From Myxococcota bacterium (GTDB lineage: Bacteria; Myxococcota_A; UBA9160; UBA6930): a stretch of DNA of 64,000 nucleotides. Below the pieces are notes generated by a model. It searched no databases, was not told the origin of the DNA, and saw only the letters and a program-made list of their open reading frames with translations. Below, piece after piece: positions 9,514 through 15,913 of this stretch. Position 1 is the stretch's first letter. The number at the start of each line of letters is the position of its first letter. The DNA lies in the NCBI GenBank assembly GCA_965223415.1, contig OZ245002.1:3136001-3200000 (forward strand). The letters are read 5' to 3'. Position numbers and translations under genes: made by a program.

Positions 9514-10926
9514 CTAGAAGTCGAACCTCGCGCCGACGGTCAACGCGTACTGGTCGACGTAGCTGTCGCCGAGCCGCGTATCGAAGTCGATGAAGGCGAC
9601 CATGCCGCTGGTCAGCACCATGCTCACGCCGGCGCCGACGTTGAACACGTCGCGGTCCGGGCTCTGGGCGCGGAGGCTCAGGCGGGTGCGGTTCAGGTCG
9701 GCAGTGAAGCGGGCGTTGATCGTGCGGGAGTCGTTCTCGAACTCGTGCTCCCACTCGCCGCGCAGGTAGGGCGTGACGATGCCGCTGCCGGTCGAGATGT
9801 CGTAGCTGAGGGTCACGCCGAGGTCCGTCGTCAGGGACGTGATCGACTGGCCCTCGTAGGTGAGGTTCAGGCCCTGAGCACCGCTCTCCCGGGCGCCGTC
9901 GGTATCGACGCCGATGTAGTTCACCTGCAGGTAGGGGTCGATGCCGAGGGCGCCGCTGTCGAGGTTGGCCCCGGCGGCGACGCTCAGGCCCCACTGGTCG
10001 CCGCTCGGGTCGCTGCGCGCCGTCCGGTTCACCGTCGGGTAGACGATGCTGCGCTCGAGGCTGTAGTCCAGGTAGGAGTAGGTCGCGATCGCGTCGACGT
10101 AGAAGGCGTCCTGCTGCCAGGTGCCGTAGGCGGAGAGGCCGTAGGCGTTGCGGTCGAGCTCGCCGGCGCCCCCGTCGAAATCGTTGTCGACGCGGGAGTA
10201 GTTGAACGCCAGGCCGCCCACGAGCGGCTCGCTGAACCGGTAGTCGACACCGACCACCGCGCCGAGGGCGTCGAAGTCGAAGCCGACCTCCTCGTCCCGG
10301 CCGTCGAAGTCGCCCCAGGAGTACAGGCCGTTGCCCCAGAGCCCCCACTTGCCGAGCAGGTCCTGATCCCCCGCGGCGGACCGCTCGCGCAGGGCGCGCT
10401 CGATGTCCTCGCCCTGCAGCGAGCCCCCGTAGGCGTCCCGCAGGTCGAGGCCCGCGAACTGGATGCGCGGGCCGCCTTCGCGCAGGGCCACGAGCCGGTT
10501 GCCGATCACCTCCAGGTTGCGGATGGAGGTCTGGGTCGAGAGGGTGCCGGAGGCCGCCGCCTGGCCGTGGGCCAGGTCCTCGAGGGCCTCGTTGATCTCC
10601 GGGTCCGAGATGTCGAGCAGGCCCGGCACGACGAGCTCGCTGCAGCGATCGAAGAGGTCCTGGGTATCCGCCCCCCAGCCGCGGGTGCCGACGATCGGTG
10701 CCAGGTCGCCGCAGGTGGTGAGGACGAAGTCGCCGCTCAGGCTCTGGAGGCGGCTCTGGCCGCCGAGGGAACCCAGACTCCGCGGAGAGGGCGCCTGCCC
10801 TGCGGGAGCCCCGCCACCGCCACCGCCTCCACCACCGCCGCCCTGGCCGTAGGCCCCGCCGGCGAGGAAGATGCTCGCGATGATGAGCAGGAGCTGAATC
10901 CGGATCGCCCGCGCGCGGACCACCAT
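9514..10926 (-). CDS. Autotransporter beta-barrel outer-membrane protein with a very short passenger
   Basis: Signal peptide, Gly linker, WGLWGNG barrel start, VGVDYRF, PYL.GEWEHEF and terminal ARFDF. Confidence 0.88.
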   Translation of the reverse strand: MVVRARAIRIQLLLIIASIFLAGGAYGQGGGGGGGGGGGAPAGQAPSPRSLGSLGGQSRLQSLSGDFVLTTCGDLAPIVGTRGWGADTQDLFDRCSELVVPGLLDISDPEINEALEDLAHGQAAASGTLSTQTSIRNLEVIGNRLVALREGGPRIQFAGLDLRDAYGGSLQGEDIERALRERSAAGDQDLLGKWGLWGNGLYSWGDFDGRDEEVGFDFDALGAVVGVDYRFSEPLVGGLAFNYSRVDNDFDGGAGELDRNAYGLSAYGTWQQDAFYVDAIATYSYLDYSLERSIVYPTVNRTARSDPSGDQWGLSVAAGANLDSGALGIDPYLQVNYIGVDTDGARESGAQGLNLTYEGQSITSLTTDLGVTLSYDISTGSGIVTPYLRGEWEHEFENDSRTINARFTADLNRTRLSLRAQSPDRDVFNVGAGVSMVLTSGMVAFIDFDTRLGDSYVDQYALTVGARFDF

Positions 10927-10969
10927 GTTGACCTCCCTGGGACGACCTCGGCCCGGGCCGTCGCGGGGG

Positions 10970-10999
10970 ATCCTATACCGGGGAAATCCCCAGTGTCAA
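10970..10999 (-). promoter_or_regulatory. Sigma70-like promoter with palindromic operator upstream of the autotransporter
   Basis: Minus strand TTGACA-N18-TAGGAT; near-palindrome GGGGAAATCCCC at 10980-10991 in the spacer. Confidence 0.5.
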
Positions 11000-11139
11000 A
11001 GGGGGTTACGTCGGATCCTGCGTGGAGATGGGGCACTCCGCCGCCAGGCCCAGTGCCCAGAGACCGGCCAGGCCGAGCCCCAGCAGGAGCCGGGTCGAGC
11101 GCTCCGCCACCAGCCCGGCGCCGTCCCTGGCGCCCGGAA

Positions 11140-11454
11140 GCCCCGCCGGGCGGCGATCTCGAGGGGCTCCTCGAGGAAGCGCTCGACGATCTGCGCCTCG
11201 CCCTCGACTCCTTGCCCCCGGACCAGGCGGACCCGCTGACCCTGCTCGGCCTCCTGCGGCCGCGCCTGGAGCGACGGGTGCGGAGCGCGTCGCTCCGTCT
11301 CGACTGGCGGGTGAGCGACGCCGGGGAGGGCCGGGGCATGGCCAATTTTCGCCACCGCGCCGAGGAGCTCGGCGCCGACCTGCGGATCGAGTCGACCGAC
11401 GCGGGGACGCGCCTGCGGATGGTCTTTCCCGGGCCTGCCGCTACCGCCCCATGA
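11140..11454 (+). pseudogene. Internally deleted NarX/UhpB-type histidine kinase remnant
   Basis: LEEALDDLRLALDSL...LRLDWRV runs directly into GRGMANFRHRAEELGADLRIES..GTRL; no H, N or G1 box and no clear start. Confidence 0.55.
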
Positions 11455-11770
11455 AGCGGAGGTGATCCTCGCCCTGGAGGTGGTCGGGCTCGACCCAGTA
11501 GTCGCCGCGAACCGCAGGCAGGAGGATGTCCCGGGCGGCCTGGTCGTCGCCGCCCAGGACCAGCCAGGCGCCCGTGCCGAGCACCGCTCCGCCCGCGGCG
11601 GTGAACGCCTTGATCGGCGTGTAGAGCAGGCTGGCGCCCACGGCGGCGATCCACCAGCCGGCGCCTTCCGTTTCGGCGGCGGCAGGCCGGGGGTGAGCGA
11701 CGAGCACGAGCGCCAGCAGGGCGGCGCAGAGGAGGCCCAGGGGCCTTCGGTTGGTTCGGAGTCGGCGCAT
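11441..11770 (-). CDS. Small exported/membrane hypothetical protein
   Basis: Signal peptide ending AAA, Gly/Ala-rich hydrophobic hairpin, RGDYWV.P.HL.G tail. Confidence 0.7.
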   Translation of the reverse strand: MRRLRTNRRPLGLLCAALLALVLVAHPRPAAAETEGAGWWIAAVGASLLYTPIKAFTAAGGAVLGTGAWLVLGGDDQAARDILLPAVRGDYWVEPDHLQGEDHLRFMGR

Positions 11771-11875
11771 CGGAGGTCCTTCCTGTCGGGTTCGGAGGTC
11801 GGGGTTCCGAGAGAAGGGGTGGGCCCCGATCCCGCGAGGGGACCGGGGCCCGGGGTGGGGGAGGGAGCGGACGAG

Positions 11876-12199
11876 CTAGCGGTTGCGGCCGGAGACGGCG
11901 CCCACGGTGCCGACGTTCGACACGGCGGTCGCGCGGTTGGCCGTGGCCTTGGTCGTGATGTCCCGGCTGCGGGTCTTGATCTTGACGTCGCCCTCGAGGC
12001 GCGAACCGGCCATCACGGAACCCACGTGGGCCTCGGCGAGCGCGCGGTTGGCACTGGCCTCGGTGTAGATGTTCCGGGTCCGGGCGTCGATGTCGATGTC
12101 CTTGCTCTTGGTGAAGAGGTCGCCCAGGAAGGCCTGCGCGCTCGCGGCGTAGCCGAGGACCAGGGCGGAGGTGACGAGGATCTGGAAGAAGCGGCGCAT
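11876..12199 (-). CDS. Small secreted two-repeat protein, copy A (107 aa)
   Basis: AAGGAG RBS; 23-aa signal ending AQA; paralogous to the two adjacent genes. Confidence 0.88.
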   Translation of the reverse strand: MRRFFQILVTSALVLGYAASAQAFLGDLFTKSKDIDIDARTRNIYTEASANRALAEAHVGSVMAGSRLEGDVKIKTRSRDITTKATANRATAVSNVGTVGAVSGRNR

Positions 12200-12259
12200 G
12201 ATGTTGATCTCCTTGGATCGGTTGGGTTGAGGTGGATCGCAACGCGCGATCACGGAGAG

Positions 12260-12288
12260 GGGTCGCGCTGGCGCGCGCTTCGGATCAC
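12260..12288 (-). promoter_or_regulatory. Putative ECF promoter motif copy 2 (copy A gene)
   Basis: GTGATCCG-N15-CGACCC. Confidence 0.75.
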
Positions 12289-12310
12289 GAACCGGCAGGA
12301 AACCGTCGCC

Positions 12311-12351
12311 AAAAAAGAGAAGCGGCGCCGATCCCGGAGGATCGGCGCCGC
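12311..12351 (-). terminator. Intrinsic terminator after copy B
   Basis: 13-bp stem GCGGCGCCGATCC/GGATCGGCGCCGC followed on the minus strand by TTCTCTTTTTT. Confidence 0.8.
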
Positions 12352-12378
12352 CCTTGGGGGTCGGCTGGCGAGCGGGAG

Positions 12379-12702
12379 CTAGCGGTCGCGGCCCGAGACC
12401 GCGCCCACCACGCCCACGTTCGTCACGGCTGTCGCGTTGTTCGCGCTGGCCTTCGTCGTGATGTCGCCGGTGCGCACCTTGATCTTGACGTCGCCCTCGA
12501 GCCGGGCGCCGGCCATCACCGAACCCACGTGGGTCTCGGCGAGCGCGCGGTTGGCACTGGCCTCGGTGAAGATGTCGCCGGTGCGGGCGTCGATGTCGAT
12601 GTCCTTGCTCTTGGTGACGAGGTCGCCCAGGAAGGCGGACGCGCTGGCGGCGTAGCCCAGGACGAGGGCGGAGGTAATGAGGATCTGGAAGAAGCGGCGC
12701 AT
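12379..12702 (-). CDS. Small secreted two-repeat protein, copy B (107 aa, 16 substitutions vs A)
   Basis: AGGAG RBS, signal peptide ending ASA, same repeats. Confidence 0.88.
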   Translation of the reverse strand: MRRFFQILITSALVLGYAASASAFLGDLVTKSKDIDIDARTGDIFTEASANRALAETHVGSVMAGARLEGDVKIKVRTGDITTKASANNATAVTNVGVVGAVSGRDR

Positions 12703-12769
12703 GATGGTGATCTCCTAGGGATCTGAAGGGTGGATTGGATGGACCGCGGCCCTGCGGTCCATCGCTGAG

Positions 12770-12798
12770 GAGTCGGCGCTGGCTCTGTCTCGGATCAC
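12770..12798 (-). promoter_or_regulatory. Putative ECF promoter motif copy 3 (copy B gene)
   Basis: GTGATCCG-N15-CGACTC. Confidence 0.75.
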
Positions 12799-12838
12799 GC
12801 GTGACGCAGAAACGCAAGATCCGACCCCGGAATGGGAA

Positions 12839-12868
12839 GCGGCGCCGACCCCGGAGGATCGGCGCCGC
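12839..12868 (-). terminator. Hairpin/terminator after copy A'
   Basis: Same stem as 12322-12351 with one substitution; weak U tract. Confidence 0.6.
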
Positions 12869-12894
12869 CTTGGGGGTCGGCTGGGGAGCGGGAG

Positions 12895-13218
12895 CTAGCG
12901 GTTGCGGCCGGAGACGGCGCCCACGGTGCCGACGTTCGACACGGCGGTCGCGCGGTTGGCCGTGGCCTTGGTCGTGATGTCCCGGCTGCGGGTCTTGATC
13001 TTGACGTCGCCCTCGAGGCGCGAACCGGCCATCACGGAACCCACGTGGGCCTCGGCGAGCGCGCGGTTGGCACTGGCCTCGGTGTAGATGTTCCGGGTCC
13101 GGGCGTCGATGTCGATGTCCTTGCTCTTGGTGAAGAGGTCGCCCAGGAAGGCCTGAGCGCTCGCGGCGTAGCCGAGGACCAGGGCGGAGGTGACGAGGAT
13201 CTGGAAGAAGCGGCGCAT
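12895..13218 (-). CDS. Small secreted two-repeat protein, copy A' (107 aa, same protein as A)
   Basis: AAGGAG RBS, ATG at 13218. Confidence 0.88.
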   Translation of the reverse strand: MRRFFQILVTSALVLGYAASAQAFLGDLFTKSKDIDIDARTRNIYTEASANRALAEAHVGSVMAGSRLEGDVKIKTRSRDITTKATANRATAVSNVGTVGAVSGRNR

Positions 13219-13278
13219 GATGTTGATCTCCTTGGATCGGTTGGGTTGAGGTGGATCGCAACGCGCGATCACGGAGAG

Positions 13279-13307
13279 GGGTCGCGCTGCCCCGGGGGCC
13301 GGATCAC
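13279..13307 (-). promoter_or_regulatory. Putative ECF promoter motif copy 4 (copy A' gene)
   Basis: GTGATCCG-N15-CGACCC. Confidence 0.75.
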
Positions 13308-13379
13308 CGACCGGCAAGAAAATCCGCCCGGATCGTTGTATGAAAGGGGGCCCACGGCGGGATGGAGGGCGGAGGGTCG

Positions 13380-14273
13380 ATGGCGGAAGGCGCGGCAGCG
13401 GTCGGCGATCTCCTCGACCGCGCCGTCGCGGGCCAGGAGACCGCCCTCCTCCAGCTGGCTCGGCGAGTCACCTCCCTCATCGAGGGATGGGGCGCCTACA
13501 CCGTCCAGAGCGACTGGCGGATCCTCACCCAGGAGGCCACCCAGCAGGCCCTGGACGGCTGGCGGAGCAGCCGCCGGGAGGCCCAGGCCGCCCAGTTCCT
13601 GGAGGGGATCGTCCGAAACCGCTTCTGGGGCGAGGTGTTGGACGAGATGTCCCAGAACAACCCGCGGGCCGGCGAGCTCCTCTTCCCCACCATCCGCCGG
13701 CTCCTGGCCCGCTGGGACGGCTCCCGGCGCTTCGAGGCCAGCTGGGACGACGTCGTCCAGGAGGCCACCCACCAGCTCTGGGAGCGCTGGGCTACTGGCG
13801 AGGTGGAGCGGCCCTGGTCCCTCCTGTGCACCATCGCCAAGCGGCGCTTCCTCGATCAGACCCGGAGGGCCAAGGCCACGGAGGATCCGGAGATCCTGGA
13901 CGACCTCTCTGAAGAGGGCGAGGAATCCCCCGGGGGAGAGGTGTTCGCCCAGCAAGCGCTGGACGTGCTAGAGCCCGAGGAGCGGGGCATCGTCGTGCGG
14001 ATGGACATCGAGGGGCAGACCCGCGTCGAGATCGCGAGGGAGCTCGAGATGACCGAGGGCCAGGTGCTCTCGATCCGGCGCGCCGGGCTTCGGCGGATCT
14101 GGCGCTGGGCGGGGGCCGACCTTCCGCCGGAGATCCGGGACGTCTGGGAGGCGATGTTCAAGGGCGCCAAGCGGGCGGGCCCGGAGCAGGTGGCCGCCCA
14201 GCTGGGAATCACCCCCGGGGAAGTCGAGCAGCGGGTCGAGCAGGCCCGGGTGCTCCTGGGGCTGGCGGGATGA
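13380..14273 (+). CDS. ECF-type sigma70 factor with apparently duplicated sigma2 and sigma4 domains (297 aa)
   Basis: DDVVQEAT...LCTIAKRRFLD (sigma2) and LEPEER..V....EG.T..EIARELEMTEGQV.S...RAGLRRI (sigma4), each with an additional diverged copy; GGAGGG RBS. Confidence 0.85.
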   Translation: MAEGAAAVGDLLDRAVAGQETALLQLARRVTSLIEGWGAYTVQSDWRILTQEATQQALDGWRSSRREAQAAQFLEGIVRNRFWGEVLDEMSQNNPRAGELLFPTIRRLLARWDGSRRFEASWDDVVQEATHQLWERWATGEVERPWSLLCTIAKRRFLDQTRRAKATEDPEILDDLSEEGEESPGGEVFAQQALDVLEPEERGIVVRMDIEGQTRVEIARELEMTEGQVLSIRRAGLRRIWRWAGADLPPEIRDVWEAMFKGAKRAGPEQVAAQLGITPGEVEQRVEQARVLLGLAG

Positions 14274-14296
14274 GGGGTCCGGAATTTCGCGATCGG

Positions 14297-14326
14297 GTGA
14301 TCCGAATGGGGGGGGTGGCGCGACCT
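14297..14326 (+). promoter_or_regulatory. Putative ECF promoter motif copy 5 (anti-sigma gene)
   Basis: GTGATCCG-N16-CGACCT; the spacer contains a G8 run. Confidence 0.6.
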
Positions 14327-14364
14327 TGGTGCGAATGCCCCCACCTCATCTCGGGAGTGAGCCG

Positions 14365-15159
14365 ATGAGCGAACCCAATGACCCTCGCCTCGAGGGCGAC
14401 GACGCCTTCGAGGACGAGCTCGACCGCGCCACCGTCCTGCGGCTGCGCGGCGAGGACCCCCGCGCCGACCGCTGGCAGCCGGAGGACCAGGATCTGGTCC
14501 AGTTCGCGCGGAACCCCCGCGCCCTGGCGCCGGAGCTGCGCGCGCGGATCGACGCCTACCTGGAGAAGCACCCGGCCGAGCGCGACGCCCTGGCCGCCTT
14601 CGAGGTGCTCGCGCCGGCCCCGCCGGTGGCCGAGGCCGCCGAGGCGCCGTCGCTCCTGGCCCGCCTCACCTCTTCCCTCGCCGCCCTGGTGCCCGCTCCC
14701 CGGGCCGTCGCCTCCGCCGCGGCGCTCTTCCTGGTGGCCGGCGTGGGCTTCCTCCTGACCCAGGAGCCGGACGAGCCCGTCTGGCGGGGCCCGGACACGC
14801 CGATCGAGGATCCGATCGGCGGCCCGGACACCGGGCACCCGCCCCTCGACCTGGCCGAGATCGAGCTGGTCCCCGGCGTCGTGATGCCCCTGGAGGCCGC
14901 CTCCCTGCCCACGGCGGGCGAGGTGCTGCTGATCCTCGTCCTGCCCGGTGAGCCCCCGGAGGCGCCCGTCGAGCTGACCCTCCTCCGGGAAGGCGCCGCC
15001 GAGCCCCTGGCCCAGCGGAGCGCCCCCGCCTCCGAGGGGCCCGCCCCCGCCGTCCAGCTGCGTGTACCCGCCGAAGACCTCGAGCCCGGCGCCTACCGGG
15101 TGGAGGTCTTCGAAGGGCCTGCCGTCCCGCCGGTCGAGTTCCTCTTCGAGGTGAGGTGA
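14365..15159 (+). CDS. Putative single-pass membrane anti-sigma factor
   Basis: Directly downstream of the sigma gene; ASD-like helices (PEDQDLVQFA...LRARIDAYLEKHP), one TM helix, C-terminal beta domain (L.PGAYRVEV). Confidence 0.65.
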   Translation: MSEPNDPRLEGDDAFEDELDRATVLRLRGEDPRADRWQPEDQDLVQFARNPRALAPELRARIDAYLEKHPAERDALAAFEVLAPAPPVAEAAEAPSLLARLTSSLAALVPAPRAVASAAALFLVAGVGFLLTQEPDEPVWRGPDTPIEDPIGGPDTGHPPLDLAEIELVPGVVMPLEAASLPTAGEVLLILVLPGEPPEAPVELTLLREGAAEPLAQRSAPASEGPAPAVQLRVPAEDLEPGAYRVEVFEGPAVPPVEFLFEVR

Positions 15160-15184
15160 TCCGGGCGCCCCCGTCGGGCGACTC
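15156..15184 (+). promoter_or_regulatory. Putative ECF promoter motif copy 6
   Basis: GTGATCCG-N15-CGACTC. Confidence 0.75.
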
Positions 15185-15239
15185 TCCCCAAGAGAGCCCG
15201 CGGGAATCCCCCCGCGGCTCCCGCCCGGAAGGAACGGCC

Positions 15240-15554
15240 ATGCTGAAGCGCATCCTCTCCATCCTCGCCCTGACCGGGGTCGCCTGCGGCGGCACGCCGT
15301 CGGCGGCCGACGACGGCAAGCCGGTCACGGTCTGCCGGCACGACGCCCAGGGCACCGTGGCCGTCACGAACATCGGCAGCGTGGGCCCCGGCTCCGGCAG
15401 CACGCGGGTTCGCGTCGTGACCGGCAACCGGACGACCGTTGTCGATCCCGAGGGGGAGTGCGTCTTCACCGACGAGCCGCCGCGCCGCCATCCCCTCCGA
15501 GGGGGGGAGGCGAACTTCCCCCGGACGCCCGACGCTTCCGAGGTGCGGAGGTGA
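15240..15554 (+). CDS. Small exported protein with AVTNIGSV motif
   Basis: AAGGA RBS; signal with possible lipobox GVAC; two further Cys. Confidence 0.7.
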   Translation: MLKRILSILALTGVACGGTPSAADDGKPVTVCRHDAQGTVAVTNIGSVGPGSGSTRVRVVTGNRTTVVDPEGECVFTDEPPRRHPLRGGEANFPRTPDASEVRR

Positions 15555-15579
15555 TCCGAGTCGCCGCCTCGCGCGACTC
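15551..15579 (+). promoter_or_regulatory. Putative ECF promoter motif copy 7 (CsgG-like operon)
   Basis: GTGATCCG-N15-CGACTC. Confidence 0.75.
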
Positions 15580-15616
15580 CTCTCGGGGCACGCAGCCCCC
15601 AGCAAAGGAGACCGAC

Positions 15617-15913
15617 ATGGGACGCAAACTCGCCGCCTTCGCCATCATTCCGATGATGCTCTTCGCGGGATCCGCCACCGCGAAGATCAACGAGGGCAAC
15701 ACCTCCGCCAAGAGCAAGCTGAACGTCCTGAAGGCCAAGACGTCGCACCGCCTCAAGGCCGATGAGGGGCAGGACCCCTGCAACCAGAGCCTGAACGCGG
15801 GCAACGTGATCATTCCCGAGGGCACCCGCGCTCCCCGCGAGGTGACCGTCGTGATCGAGGGAGACGTGACCAATGTTGGTTCGATCGTTGGCTCCGCGCG
15901 CTGCCGCCGCTAG
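15617..15913 (+). CDS. Small secreted protein with two Cys and GDVTNVGSI motif
   Basis: AAGGAG RBS; signal ending ATA. Confidence 0.78.
   Translation: MGRKLAAFAIIPMMLFAGSATAKINEGNTSAKSKLNVLKAKTSHRLKADEGQDPCNQSLNAGNVIIPEGTRAPREVTVVIEGDVTNVGSIVGSARCRR

Larger units (their letters stand above)
11873..13289. repeat. Tandem triplication A-B-A'
   Basis: 11873-12270 matches 12892-13289 (offset 1019) with one visible synonymous difference (12137 vs 13156); the middle copy is more diverged. Confidence 0.9.

Noticed and set aside
10810..10845. Gly-codon run in the autotransporter as a contingency repeat
   Set aside because: Mixed GGC/GGT/GGA codons in frame; a simple linker
11876..13261. 461-aa and 501-aa ORFs (MRSTSTQPIQGD...) crossing the array
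   Set aside because: Alternative frames of the repeated genes; the 107-aa frames have RBS, signal peptides and promoter motifs
11873..13307. Tandem repeats as a possible CRISPR array or mobile element
   Set aside because: Units are whole genes of about 500 bp; no short repeat-spacer pattern, cas genes or transposase
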